64,000 nt of DNA, taken from positions 3,162,001-3,226,000 of the forward strand of contig OY986950.1 of NCBI GenBank assembly GCA_963920595.1, given 5' to 3'. The notes under the pieces are model-generated. The model ran no database searches. It saw only the letters and a list, made by a program, of their open reading frames with translations, and was not told the origin of the DNA. Numbering within the stretch: position 1 is the stretch's first letter; each line of letters begins with the position of its first letter. This DNA is from Eimeria praecox (Eukaryota). Shown here piece by piece: positions 1 through 12,705 of the stretch. The translations under genes and the position numbers were made by a program.

Positions 1-265
1 CCCCAGCTGCAGCACCGCACGAGCTTCCTGTCATTTGTTTCCCCCGCCGCATTTCTCCTCAGACTAGTGGTCCGGCTGCCGCCAGGAGGTGCATGCTGGG
101 GTATGGGGACCCTTGCTGGTGCACCTCAGCGCCTACAGGCTTTAGACAGAGGCTTCAACTCTTCCTGAACTGGACCGGGGGGCCCTGCCCATCGGCAGAA
201 GGTGGAGGGGCCCCCTGGGCCCTCCAGGCGCAAGCAGCTGAGGGGGGAGGGGCCCGTAGTTGAAG

Positions 266-2530
266 ATGGTATCTTCAGAAAGGGGAGTGAGTGCACCGGG
301 GGGGCCCCAGGAGTCTGCTGCGTCTTCCTCGACCCCAGCCGAAGGCCACCCAGCGCGTAAAGAAGAGATACTACGGCAGAAATCAAACGCTAAATTCACA
401 GCAAAAGAATCAGGACCCTCAGAGCCCCTAGAGGCCTCTCCAGGGCCCATAAGGGGTTCTTCTGGGGCCCCAGAGGGCTCTCTAGGAGCCCCAGAGGCCT
501 CTCAAGGGGTCCGTGAGGCCTCTTCAGGGGCTCCAGAGGCCTCTCCAGAAGCCAATTCAGAGGTTCCAGGGCCCAATTTGGGGGCCCCAGTGGCCAATTC
601 AGAGGTGCAAGAGGTCTTTTCAGGGCCCCCAGGGGCCTCTTCGGCGACTACGGGGGCCCCAGGGCCCCCTCCAGCAGCTGCACAGGACAACAATGAACCC
701 CGCAGGCAGCTGGCACCTCCTCAGCATGACTCGTGGGTCTCCCCAGAGGAGTCGTGGGCACAGATGCAGCTACCTTCCCCCCCTAGAGGTACTGCTGCGA
801 AGGACGCAGCAGCAGCAGCAAAACGCGCTCTTGCTGAAAGTGCAGCAGCAGCACATGCTGCGGAGCAAGCAGCAGCGGATGCAGCAGCAGCGGCTGCAGC
901 AGCAGCAGCAGAAGCAGATGCAGCAGCGGCGAGAGATGCGGCAGCAGCTGCGGCGAACCTCGAAGCGGCAGAGGCTGGAGAGACAGCTGTGGGTTATGTC
1001 TTCATCTTCACCAACCCCACTAGTGGGGGCAACAAGGCTGCTGCCTTCACACGGGTGAGCTGAATGTCTCTCTTTCTCTTCTTGTTTGTCTCGTTGTCTG
1101 TCTCTGTCTCTCTCATGGCCTGTCTCTCTTTTGTTGTGTCTTGGCCTTTGTTTGTCTGTCTCTTTGGCCGCCCCATCCTGTCCGTCTCTGTCTGTCTGTG
1201 TCTGCGTCTCTGTGCCTCTACGCGCGTCCTTCTCCTTGTTTCAGTTTCTCCCTTCGTCTGTGTCTTTCTCTGTCTCCCTTTGTTGCTCTTTGTCTCCGTT
1301 CATGTGTCTCTGTGCGTGGGTCTCTTCTTGTCTGTCTGTCCCTTTCTGCGTCTGTCTCTGTCTTTCTTTGTGTTTGCTCTTCTGTTTCTCTACCTTCTGT
1401 GTCTGTGGCTTTCATTGCTTTCTTTTTCACTTTGTTTTATTACTATCTTTCTCCTCCTTGCTGCTGCATGCCCATCCCCTTCACACTGTTGCACCGCCCT
1501 TCATGTATTTGGTGAGGCAGGGGAGACAGCAAAACTAATGCAGCAGCAGCAGCAGCAACAACAACAACAGCAGAAGCACAACCCCAGCAGCACCAGCTCT
1601 GCAGCAGCAGCAGCTGCTCAGGGTTGTGGTGCGTTTGGGGGCGTACTGCTTTGCTGCATGCATAAGCCTGTCGTCCTTCGCTTGTGTGTTTGTGTGTTTG
1701 TGTGTTTGTGTATGTTCCTTTGCTTGTTCGTTTGTTTTCCCTCTTCTTTTCTGTCTTTCTCTCGCCCGTTTGGGTGTTTGTTTTTATCTTCGTCTGAGGC
1801 ATCTGTTTGCTTGCTTGTTCTCTTTGTTTGTATTTATTTATTTATTTACTAATTTGTTTCGTTTGTATGCGACTGCAACAACAGACTGCTGTCTCACGGC
1901 TGACTCTGAGGGAGCCCTTTAGGGTGGAGGTGTTTATACATGATATAAGGGAGGGACAGAGCGGCAGCAAACCGGGTTTCTTGCTGCTGAAAGCAGTTGC
2001 TGACAGAGTAGCCAGCAGCAGCAGCAGCAGCAGCAGCACCGAACAAAACAAAGACCAACGAACAATCCGCGTACTTGTAGCTGGAGGAGACGGGACAGTC
2101 ATGTGGTGTTTAGAGGAAATGCAAAAGACAGGAGTTCTCCCTAATGCATGCGCCGTCGGAGTTGTTCCATATGGCACGGGTACGCCGGAGCTAGGGTTTA
2201 GGGTTTAGGGTTTAGGGTTTAGGGTTTAGGGTTGGGGGTAAGAGGGCTTAATATCAACGGGGTGCTGCTTCGTAGTTTACCCACGCACAGATGAAGCAGT
2301 AAATTCCACGAAACGATTGAAATCAGGGTTTAGGGTTTAGGGTTTAGAGATTAGGGTTTAGGGTTTGTGAGGCGATGCAGGCAACGACTTCGCTAACGCT
2401 TTTGGGTGGCGGCCGTTCAATGCTGCAAACCCCTTCGACTCCTCATTGCACACGTAGGCCTTCCTTGCTTCACCCTAAGAGCCTTCGTTGTTGCTAGCGA
2501 GGGCACGAAGTGCTGCTCCAGCTGCTGCTT

Positions 2531-2561
<31 letters not shown>

Positions 2562-5500
2562 CATTAACAGCAGTAACATTAGCAGCAGCAGAAGCATTTG
2601 CAGCAGCAGCATTTCCAGAGGCAGCACTTTCAGAAACAGCACTGACAGGAACACTATTAACAGAAGCTGTTTAGTTTTGTTGCCGCGAGTTGTATTGTTT
2701 TATTTTGTTGTTGAGATGTATTCTTTAGTTGCATTGTTGTGGTTATTGCTTATTTTCGTTGTTGGGGTTTATGCTATATACATAAAATAGTTATATTGTG
2801 TATATGTATACATATAACATAAAATATATTTTGTATATATATATATATATGTAATATTGTATATATAGTGTATATTGTATTATTTATTCTCGCTGGTGTT
2901 GCTTTGGGGTTTGCTGTTTTGTTAGCCTTCGCAGTATTGTAGAACACAGCATGAAGGCCCACGTTGTCTTCCATGATTTATGGTCTGTTAAAGTCTCCTT
3001 GAAGCCAGGCGGCTACTTCAGCAGAATCAACCCAAACACGCGAAAGAAAGTAAAACCAAACCCTAAACCCTAAACCCTAAACTCAGACACAACAGTGCAT
3101 GCAGCAGCGGGGCTACGTGAGTAACAGGAGCAGATAAGGAATCTGAGCAGAAGAGTCATCCTTGCTTATTTCTGACGCTCTTTGGCAGAGAGCCCTCAAG
3201 GGTTTACAATTTAGGGTTTAGGGTTTAGGGTTTAGGGTCGAGGCAGGAGCAGCTAGCGCCTGTACCGTCGCTGGCCTTTTTATTGTTTAGGGTTTAGAGT
3301 TTGGGGTTAAGGGTTTAGGGCTTAGGGCTTAAGGCTTAGGGTTTAGGGTTTAGGTTTTGTGTGTTACAGGAAGTGGTGGAGAGAGAGGGGAAGCCCGTTC
3401 AGGAGTTGTCCTTCACGATGAGTAACTACTTCAGCATGGGGGTTGAAAGCCGTATAGGCCGAGGGTTTGACAGGCATCGAACGAAGTCGCAGGCTTTCAA
3501 CAAGATGGTGACCCTTATACAACCCCTAAACCCTAAACCCTAAACGTGGAGGCTGGAAGCCTCCTATTGTCTTTCTTTGTCTCATGCTGTCTCTCCTGTT
3601 GCTCCTCTTTGCCTCATTTTGCCTCTCTGTGTTTCACATTGTTTCTTTCTTTGTCTTAGTTTTCCTTTCTTTCTCTCTAAGTCTCCATTAGCCTCTCCTT
3701 GTCTCCTTTTCTTCAGTTTACTGTCTCCTTCATCAGATCTTGTCTTTGCACATTTGACAGACTCGTTGGGCACCTGCTGCTTTGCAGGCTGTTCTTGCTG
3801 CTGCTGCTGCTCTTGTTGCTGGGGCTCCTTTTGCTGCTGCTGTTGCTGCTGCCGCTGTTAACTACAAACAGTGTTTGTTGGTTCTGCATTTGTTGTGTGT
3901 ATGCAGCGTTATGGAATTGAGGGTTTTAAGAAGGCATTTTGGACTCGAACACAAAACATCAACAGCCTAATACTCAACCTGACTGTACACCCCAACACCC
4001 CGCAAGAGGAGATTCTCTTTACAACTGACAAGTCAAAGGCAAAAGAAAAACAAATTCCTCTTCTAAAAAGTAAAACAACAAACCATGCAAAAAAATACGC
4101 ATGCCCTTACAATCATTTCACCGGCCCCCTCCCCCCCCGCCATCCACCCCCCACCCCCGTTCCGAAGCACACCTCGCCAGAACAACAACAGCAGCAGCAT
4201 TAGGAGCAGCAGATCCGTCAGCTGCAGCAGCACATACACAGAGACGGATGCCAGCGGATACGCAGTTGGAAGCGGCAGCAGCAGCATCGTAACCAGCAGC
4301 AGCAGCAGCATCAGAAAGAGCAGCGGCGTCACCATCATCATCGTCACCAGCTACAACGGCAGCATCATCATCGTCATCATCATCAGCATCACGTATTAGT
4401 GTGTGTATTTATTTATACATTTATTTGTCTCTTTGTTTATTTACTTGCTTGCTTCAGAAACGGCTTCCTTGGTGTTGTTGAACATTCCCAGTTTCAGTGG
4501 GGGAAATGACATTTGGGCCCCTTCAAAGAAATTGGCAGTTTCACAGCCAAACAAGCAGAAGCAGCAACAAGCAAAAGTACGAAAACCCCGCATCTGTACA
4601 CCTCAACACTGCCAGATAGCAAGGACGCATGCATACACACAAGGCATAAACAGCTGCAGCAGCTGCTCATCCAGTTTCTGCTCTACCTGCTGCTGCAGCT
4701 GCTGCGGTAACTGCTGATAGCTGCTGCTGGAACTGCCGTTGTAGGTATACTTGCTGCAGCATCTGCAGTAAGCGCTGCCGTTTGCACTGCCTTTGGCGTT
4801 GCTGTGGGTTCAGGCTCTGCTTCAAGTGCCTCAGCGTATGGGGGATGAGCGATTGGAGTTTATGACCTTCAAGAGTATCCCTTCAATGGGCATCGAGTTT
4901 GTAAGCTTTTGGTGTTTACTTGTTTTGTCTGTCGTATCATTGATTGTTTTGCTTGCTGCTTTTGCTTGTTAGTGCCTGCCCCCTTTTGATATGTTGGCTT
5001 GTCTTCCCCCCCATTCGCTGTATTGAATCTTTACTTGTTGTCTGTTGTTTTTATCTGCTTATTTTCTATTAATAATATAAAAATTCATATTTAGGTGAAT
5101 ATGAATTTCAACATGAACATGGGCACTTTCTATTAACATTGGCAATAATGAACAAACTTTGTATTAGCCGCTGTTACTGTTAATGCTGGCAGTAGCAGTA
5201 ATGTTGTTAATATCAATTTTAATAATAATGTTAACATTACTATCGCTGTTTAATCTATGTGATATATTTGGTTTTGTTGCTGGCTGCTGCAGATGGTTCA
5301 TGGGAGAGGCTCTAGGCTACACAGTGGCGTCGGGCCTTGGGAAGTCTCCTTCAGGCCCCTAGAAGAAAAAACTAGGGTTTATTTTCAGGTACTTTATTAG
5401 ATATAATTATTTCGCCTGTTGTTCTTTTATTTTAGTTTCAAATGTTTTAATTTATTTTCCCTGTCCATTTCACTCGTGTCTAATTGCTTCTGAATTGCTT

Positions 5501-6068
5501 CGAGTTTATTTTGAGGTACTTTGTTTTAATTCAATCATTCCATCCTTTTGCTTTCGCTCCAGCTCTTTTCTCACCTGAGTTTATATGCATTTGCCTGTAT
5601 CTATCTACCTTATCTCTCACTTGTCTATGCGGATTCGCCGTTTTTCATCTCTTATTTGTGTTTGTGCATTTGCGTTCATTTGTCTTTCGTATCGCATATA
5701 CGTTTTTATATGCTAGCCAATTTGTTTCTTCTTTGTATTTGTTTCGTCATTATATGATGTTACTCCTTTGCTGCATTCCCTGCCTGTATTAACACTAATT
5801 TGAGTGATTCCCTCGCATTTGTTGTTTGTTTCCGTGTTCGTTTGTGCCGCTCGTACGCACTTCTTTCCGCAAGGTTTTGTTCTGTTTTCATCTGTTACTA
5901 GCCCTGCCAAACTTGTATTGCTGTTGGGGTGTACAGACAGACGGAGAATATTACCAGCTGAGTTTGCCTTCTTCCGTCTTCGTCTCCCATAACCGAAGGG
6001 TTCAAGTTTTGTCTTTAAACCCTCCAGAGAAGAGAGCGGCAACAGAGACGGCCCCTGACACTGCCTAA
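266..6068 (+). CDS. DGK: Diacylglycerol kinase (DAGKc + DAGKa domains), 10 exons, ~671 aa, low-complexity G/P/A N-terminus
   Basis: Phase-compatible GT-AG exons 266-1054, 1885-2179, 2381-2453, 2926-3049, 3370-3507, 3907-4069, 4458-4576, 4814-4900, 5293-5388, 5937-6068. The spliced product has DGK motifs FTNPTSGG, VAGGDGTV, PYGTG|NDFA, SNYFSMG, LNIPSFSGG, GDERLEF and FQ|TDGE. The start ATG at 266 is the least certain part. Confidence 0.92.
2191..3545. repeat. Interstitial telomere-like (TTTAGGG/CCCTAAA)n arrays in DGK introns
   Basis: Arrays at ~2191-2233, 2324-2366, 3058-3081, 3209-3237, 3286-3356 and 3522-3545, in both orientations. Confidence 0.92.
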
Positions 6069-6313
6069 AGCAGCACTTGCTTTTCAGGCTCGCTGCTGTA
6101 AATCCCCCCCTCAAACGCTAGACAGAACCCTTCACCAATTACCTCCAGGTGTAAAGCGTAACCTGAGAATACCCAAACCCAAGGAGAGAGCGGAAGAGCA
6201 GGCCTCCCCAAGCCCCAGACTCCTCTCACACGGGCCCTGGGAGACGCCTGCATGCGACGCTCTCTCGTGTGTTGCTGTTTCTATGCTACTGACAGTGGCT
6301 CACTCGGTTGTTG

Positions 6314-6345
<32 letters not shown>

Positions 6346-6521
6346 ATGTTGTCTGTTAGACAGCTGCATGCTGCCAGCCTGCCTGCAAGGCAGCGGTGTT
6401 TGAGCTGTCTGCACACCAGAAGACTTCTTTGCTCCTAGGCAGCGCGCTCCCTAAACTTATCTTTTAAAGCTTGCAACTCCTCAGCAACAAACCCTTCCTG
6501 CCCTCCCTTGAGCTGCCAAGC

Positions 6522-6810
6522 GGTGGCTAGCCACTCCAAGACCTATGGCTAGCCAGCAGTCACACGTTTATGGGTAACCGCACTCACAAGTCTGTATGAC
6601 TAGCTGCCAGCATATGCATGCATGGCTAGCTGCAAGCATAGCTGTATGGCTGGCCGCAAACACGTATGCACCTGCAAACATATGCAAAGCTAGCTACACC
6701 CTTCTGCTAACAGTAAACACACGCGTATGGCTAGCTGCGAACATATGTATAAATAGCAACCAACACACCTATATGGCTAGCTGCAAATGTATGTATATGG
6801 GTAGCTTCAG
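6522..6810. repeat. Degenerate tandem repeat, core ATGGCTAGCTGC, period about 22-24 nt
   Basis: About ten imperfect copies, e.g. ctatggctagccagc (6543), catggctagctgcaa (6621), gtatggctagctgcga (6725), atatggctagctgcaa (6770). Confidence 0.7.
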
Positions 6811-8265
6811 AGAGGCGCTCACTTGGCACAAAGAAACTCCAAGGAGTGAAACAGTTGAACTTGCGAAGATGTTAGAGCCCCTTCGCATTAAAGCCACTTC
6901 TGCAGCCCTTTCTAGAAATAACAGTGGTTCTGGAGATCACCCATATTTGGAGTGTATGGGTATTGAGGCTATGAATGACAGAACATAATTAGAAGGGGTA
7001 ACCGACAGCAGCCAGCCAATTCGGCATGCGCAGTGCCCATGCCAGATGGACATATTGATCAGCGTATCTGCTTCTTTCGTAGTAAATTATGTCACCAAGA
7101 CCAAGTTTGCAAGTGGATGAAAAATACTGAGGAGCTGGAGAAGAAGGACGTCGAGCACATCCATCATGGGAACAAGCAAAAAGATCAGGGTAACGCCCGG
7201 GTCTCCACGCAACGTGCGAAGTAGGGACGGGGAAGAAAAGAAACCACAGGAGCACCACCAGATTATCCTCGAGGACACTCACCGCTTACGCAAGCCGGTT
7301 CTGACAGTCAGGAGTTGCTATCGCTGCATGACACAGGCTGAGGAGAAAATCTGATATCTGAAGCTACGGCGAGCGGTTGCAACCTGCCAGTTTATTAATT
7401 GGCACAGTGTCTGTGACTGCGCTTTGCAGTTGCCACACGGGATACGAGCGTTAGCAAACTTTGAGCGCAAAATATGAGCTCTATTTAGAAACGGATGTTT
7501 TTATGACACGGGACTTCTATGTTGTACTAGTTCACCACGCCATAATCTCATGGGTGCCGATGACCAAGTGGAGAGGATGTTAACGGCCAACAGACGACCC
7601 CACTGAGGCATATGTGGCGAGAAGCGATGAGAGTGCACCGTTCACTAGTCGGAAAAGCATTTGTGTCGCCTACGGCAAAAGAAGTAGAACGGGCGTCCGG
7701 AGAAGGGAACCAGGAGCCTCTAACCCATAGCAGAGACACTGCAGAAAACGACACAAAAGTGTGCTCTCTCCGTTGCGATGATGCTACAAGGACCGTAGTT
7801 CTTAGGGACTCGTTCTACTTAACACCCGAGTAGCAGCACAAGTGCGCAAAACTGAAGGAGGAGTTCTCAGATAGATTCACTAACGAAGCGCTCCTCACGC
7901 GCCACCCACACTGCATCGAATTCAGTCCCAAGCTTAGCTTCAAGTTTGCCGGCGACCCTCACATCTTGAAGAGGGGGCCGAGCGCCAAGCACAAGAATTG
8001 TGGCAAAAAGGCAAGGTCCAACAGTCAGCTAGCACGCATGGGCACCATCCTGCGTTGGGTGAACAAAACGGGATGTGCGGCATGCCGCAGGGCATCCATA
8101 TGTGCCACACATTGGGGCGCGTGATATCCTAGGTGCCCGTACAACCAGTCACATAGGTCATAGAAAATGAGATTATTGCGTCAAATGGCCAGGAAACCGC
8201 AAGCCAGGAATTGGTTTCCGAAGACTGCTTGCGCGAAATGGTTCTTTTGGAATACCTACGAGCAC
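6810..8265 (+). mobile_element. Decayed, internally deleted Ty3/gypsy (chromovirus-like) LTR retrotransposon relic, copy A: gag zinc knuckle, protease, RT start, chromodomain
   Basis: Read across stops and frameshifts: degenerate CCHC knuckle CFFRSKLCHQDQVC (7069-7110); retropepsin motif LHDTG*GENLIS (7324-7359) in the same frame; pre-RT linker DSFYLTPE*QHKCAKLKEEFSDRF (7807-7878); RT start ERQAQELWQKGKVQQSAS (~7980-8035); chromodomain-like DILGAR...RK*DYCVKWPG (8123-8194). End coordinates are approximate. Confidence 0.8.
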
Positions 8266-8809
8266 CTCTTCAATCAGCAGCAGCAACGGCTAGCGTGGGT
8301 TTGCACAGCGGAACTTAATACTGGGAGTGGAGGACTTCGCAGCCATTGCTCGGCGATGAGACAGAAAGCTCTTGAATCGTTCTCTAGCCTTGCTCCAACG
8401 AGCCAAAAATTTTCGCTATGTTATGCGCTTCTCTTCTTTCGCGTGTATCGAGCTGAGTCAGGCCGCCTACAGTACTACTATCCTGTGGAATAGCCCGGCC
8501 CTGGGCCTTGAGGGACAGCCCAGACACACGTTCGCTAGCATTGGGGACTGGAATCCCCGAAGTGTGTGTGCAATCGTGGGCAGAGCCACTCTGCTGCACG
8601 GCGGCGATCTGCAAGCAGCCAGCCTTTGTTCGGTGTTCTTCCCTAATGAGGATGGGACGGAGACCACTAACAGCAGCAGCACCAAAAGCAGCGTTGAGAG
8701 CAGCAGCAAACACCGCAACAAAGCTGCATTAGTTGGGGGTTCGTATAGCTGGCTGCAGCTACATAACTTGCTCTACAAAATGCGGATGCTTGGTGGTGAG
8801 GCATCGGAG

Positions 8810-10380
8810 CTACCCCTCTAGCAGCCTCGTTGTTGCCGTAGTCGTCTTTCTATATTCAGAAGCCCACTTGGACTGTTGTTCCCCAAGTCATTTAACGGTG
8901 AATTCAAGTTTCTTCTGGCCCCTGTGGGACAAGATACGCGTGTCTGCGACCACATCCCCCGCTAGCTGCTCCTTTTCGCTGTGAGGTTGCTGCCATTTTG
9001 CATTGAGAATACAAGAGAACTTCGGTGGTTCCCTGAACCGTTTGGGAAGATTAGCATGGATAGTTCGATTGCGTCTCCAGGTGGGGCGTAAGCGTGCTAT
9101 GCAAGCTAACGAGTTAACGCGCGAGCGAGCAACGCAGCCAGGGGCCGGATTCAAGAATGAACTTGCGCTGGTACGATGCGAGGCCGAGGAAACTCTGAAC
9201 GTCCATGCGAGTGTACAGGGGTGGCGCACACGTCTGAATTGCCATTAGCTCAGCCGGATCTGGCTTGGCTCCTCCTGCAGAGGCAGGAATCCCCAAGAAA
9301 CTTATAGCTTTCACGAAAAACGAACACTTCGGTGCTCCTACGAACTACTGCTTCTCTCGTAGCACTTGCAGAGGGCGCTGCAAGCGCTGCAAATGCTCCT
9401 GCACATTACGGCTGAACAAAGGCAAGCAGTTCATGCATATTACCATCCATTCCTAATTGATTGCTCTACGAAATTTTGATTGGTGTGCCGTTGTAGGTCG
9501 GCAGGTGCGTTGACGAATCCAAATGCCATACATGTTTATTCTAGCTTGCGCGTGCGGGTATGGCGTACAGTCTTTTGCATGTCGACAGTATGCAACCGGG
9601 CCTGTAAAGATGTGTCACCGAATCAAATGATGAAGAAACCCTAAAGGGGCGGTGTAGTTCGTCGTTCCGGGTTGTCGGGAACTTCTGTTTCACCATGATT
9701 GTGGATTGTGGTGAGGGGCTTGCACTCGACGCGCATAAGCTACCTTCCATCCTTTTGCTTCTCCAACGATGCAGTGTGTACAAAGGCCTTAGTTGAAAGT
9801 TGAATGCTGATTTTTTTCCTGCAGCTCTTCTGCTTGCCGTATGTTTCCCCCTTCGCGATGTGGGGTCGTTGGTACGTTGAATAGAAGCTTGGGACTGTCG
9901 GGAAATGAGTTCTACCCGGAGCAGGGAGCTCCCAAAGCATGACAGACCCGTTGGAAGCTCCTTGCTACTGAGTGGATATGGAAACACTTCCATCAGTTTT
10001 GCCGGCCTCTGGTGTTAACTAGAATGAGTCCCCCAACACACCAGTGTTTGTATGATTATCAAAACGGAGTGCATCTGCATTTCTGCACTGAGTTAGAGCA
10101 TCCTTGCTCCCTTCTTCTTGGGATGCAGATTCCATTCCTCTTACCGCAGAGGAAGCAAATGTTGTTGGGAGCGCTGAGCGGTGTACTCTGGCTCGGAGAA
10201 GATTGAGGCTTTGATACGGGTTTAAAAAAAACTTAAACGATTCCTCTCCAAATCGTTCTCTTTTTCGTCAGTTATTGCTGCAATGTAAGTTTCCATGCAG
10301 CGGGGATTTGGGTTCGATGCTCGCACCTGACCCGATAAGTTATGCGCCCCTACCATAAGTAGCACGAGTCCTCGATCTAG
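8810..10380 (-). mobile_element. Decayed, internally deleted Ty3/gypsy (chromovirus-like) retrotransposon relic, copy B: linker, reverse transcriptase, integrase C-terminal end, chromodomain
   Basis: Minus strand, in order: GVLGDSF*LTPE, IQLSTKAF...KQKDGR*LMRVECKPL, QKFPTTRNDEL, KTVRHTRTRKLE*TCMAFGFVNAPADLQR (~9488-9570), WMVICMNC (decayed YxDD, 9426-9437), FSRNVQEHLQRL, KCSFFVKAISFLG...KPDP...DVQSFLGLASYQRKFI, RLRPTWRRNRTIH, chromodomain RILSHRGQKKLEFTVK*LGEQQSKW (~8864-8938). Confidence 0.88.
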
Positions 10381-11508
10381 CGGAGGGCCGCCATGGCCTT
10401 CAGTAGTGTCAAACACTCAAAAAAGCTCGGAAAATGCATCTTCCCTTCTCTCCAGGATCCAACCCTCCTGCGAATAGCTACCCACAAGCCTGGGGTGTTG
10501 GAAATACGGACAGGCCTGGCTTGTCATGTGCGACAAGGCTGTTTGCTCAGCACGCCCAGTCAATGCCTCTTATCTTCAAGACCTAGCATTGTAGAAAGCA
10601 GCGTAAACTGCCTTCAAACACTTATTGGATCCTCTGTAGTCAGCCTGCTGGCAGGCAGGAGGAATACGCGTATGCCAGCATCACGCACAGCATTCTACAG
10701 TGCCAGTGAAGATACGGCCCTGCGTTTTCTGACTGCCACTGGACGCTCTCTTCTAACCCATTCACCTGAGCTCAAGGGCCCCCAGGGGCCCCCAGGGGCC
10801 CCCAGGGGCCCCCAGGATACTCCCCCCTGAGTTCCGTAGGAGCGCTTTACCTCGAGCAAGGCGCGAAGGGTCGCCGCAGCCTCACATCGTCTGTCTGCAA
10901 ACTAAGGGGCACTAAGCTATCTCGTAGCTTGCGAGGGAAGACTCGGGGTCCCTCTAGGTCTTTTCAAGGGTCCCCTAGGGGCCCCCTGGTGCCAGGCAGA
11001 GGAGAGGAACATGATGCGAAAGGGTAGGGGATGGGGAGGGTTGCGGTAGCTGCTGCAGCGGGAGGAGCCCCACCAGCTTCCTTTTGGCTTAGTGTTTGTT
11101 TAAAATACATTAAGAAACTTACGTGAGACAAAGAGGGGCGAACAAGGTTGTTAAACTGTCTAGGGGGGCCCCCAGGTTCCCCTGTGACGGCAGGCCAGGG
11201 TTGGCTGGGTAGGGGCCCCTGGGCTCTGCAGTGATCTGTATGTACACCGGGGGCGTTTTATATATTTTCTGAAACCTCTAAATAAAGAATTGGAGAGACT
11301 TTATCATTTAAATTGCCTTTCCTCTCCCTTTAGACTTCAGCGGTTCCCCTCTCACGGCAGGCCGCTGCTGACGGAGTCGCAGCAGCAGCAACAGCAGCCC
11401 CTGCTTTGCTGCTCGTAGCCAAACACCCCAAGCGTGTTTTTCAGGTGTATGTGCACGACAAGGGGGTTGCGAGCAGGGCCCCCCTGAGGCGGCGCCCCAT
11501 ACGCCTCC

Positions 11509-11628
11509 ATGGAAGAACTGGGGGCCCCCTCTCAGGGCCCCCCCCCGTCGCCTGCCGCTTCTTTGAGTGCGCTGAGGTCTGATACCGACATCAGCGATGG
11601 CGGGGCATCAGCAGCAGCAGCAGCAGGG

Positions 11629-11669
<41 letters not shown>

Positions 11670-12193
11670 AGCAGCAGATGGGGTTCACAGCATGCATGGC
11701 ATGCCCCGAGTGCTGCAGTGGTTAGTGCGGCCAGAGCTGAGTAGCTGGCTAGAGGGGGAGTTAGATGGGTCTTTCGCATTTCTTAAATCAGGGTCTTCTA
11801 TCCCCCCCGGTTCTGAGGTGGAGGGGGCCCCTGGGGCCCCGCTTCATCTCAACAGGGAACGCAGCTGCTGCAGCAATTCAAACGCGCTGTACCCTCTGCA
11901 GGACGCCGTCACAGCGCAGCTCTCCTTACTAGGGGGGGAGGCCTGGGAGGCCCTGGGGCCCCCTAGGGGATCTGATGGACTTGAAGGAATGGGGAGGGCC
12001 CCTGGGGGCCCCCTGGAGGGTCCACTTGGAGGCCCCGACGACTCCTGCAACAACACACCTCCCCCTGAACTGCTGCATGCAGAGGGGAGACAACTCCCGC
12101 TGTCTTCAGGCGAGGCCAGCGGCCTGCTGCAGTGTCTGCTGCCGCTAGCAGCAGCAAAACTATGCAGCGCCGCAGCAGCCCCAGAGGACGACG

Positions 12194-12226
<33 letters not shown>

Positions 12227-12441
12227 CAGCAGCAGGCGGAAGCGTTTTTTCATTGCTTCCGCAGCCAGATTTGGATAGGGTACAGAGGCTGCATCGGGGT
12301 GTATCTGCAGCAGCAGCAGTAGCAGCAGCAGCAGAGAAGGGAGAGAAGACTGACAGCAAGACTCAGGCAATGACAGCTAAGAGAGAGAAGGGTGGCTGCA
12401 GCGGGCAGCTGCAGGCGCCTCAAGGCCCTCCCTCGGACACA

Positions 12442-12472
<31 letters not shown>

Positions 12473-12585
12473 ACGATACGAAGCAGGAGGAGATGAAAAG
12501 CCGAAAGAGACAGCTGCTGCTGCAGCAGATCCTTAGCAGCCGGGAGCAGCTGCTGCAACTCGCGAGGCAGGCCAAGTCGGAGGCC

Positions 12586-12622
<37 letters not shown>

Positions 12623-12667
12623 GAACACGGCCTGCTGACTCTGCTTCATACTCCCAACAGGATCAGA

Positions 12668-12705
<38 letters not shown>

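Noticed and set aside
1064..1852. Hydrophobic 262-aa ORF and overlapping ORFs resembling membrane proteins
   Set aside because: They lie in DGK intron 1 and are translations of TC/TG-rich low-complexity DNA.
6522..6810. CRISPR-like repeat-spacer appearance
   Set aside because: Units are short and degenerate without unique spacers of constant length, there are no cas genes, and the context is eukaryotic.
8270..8810. Possible LTRs, PPT or target-site duplications for the retroelement relics
   Set aside because: No paired direct repeats or clear TG...CA termini could be identified by eye, so none are called.
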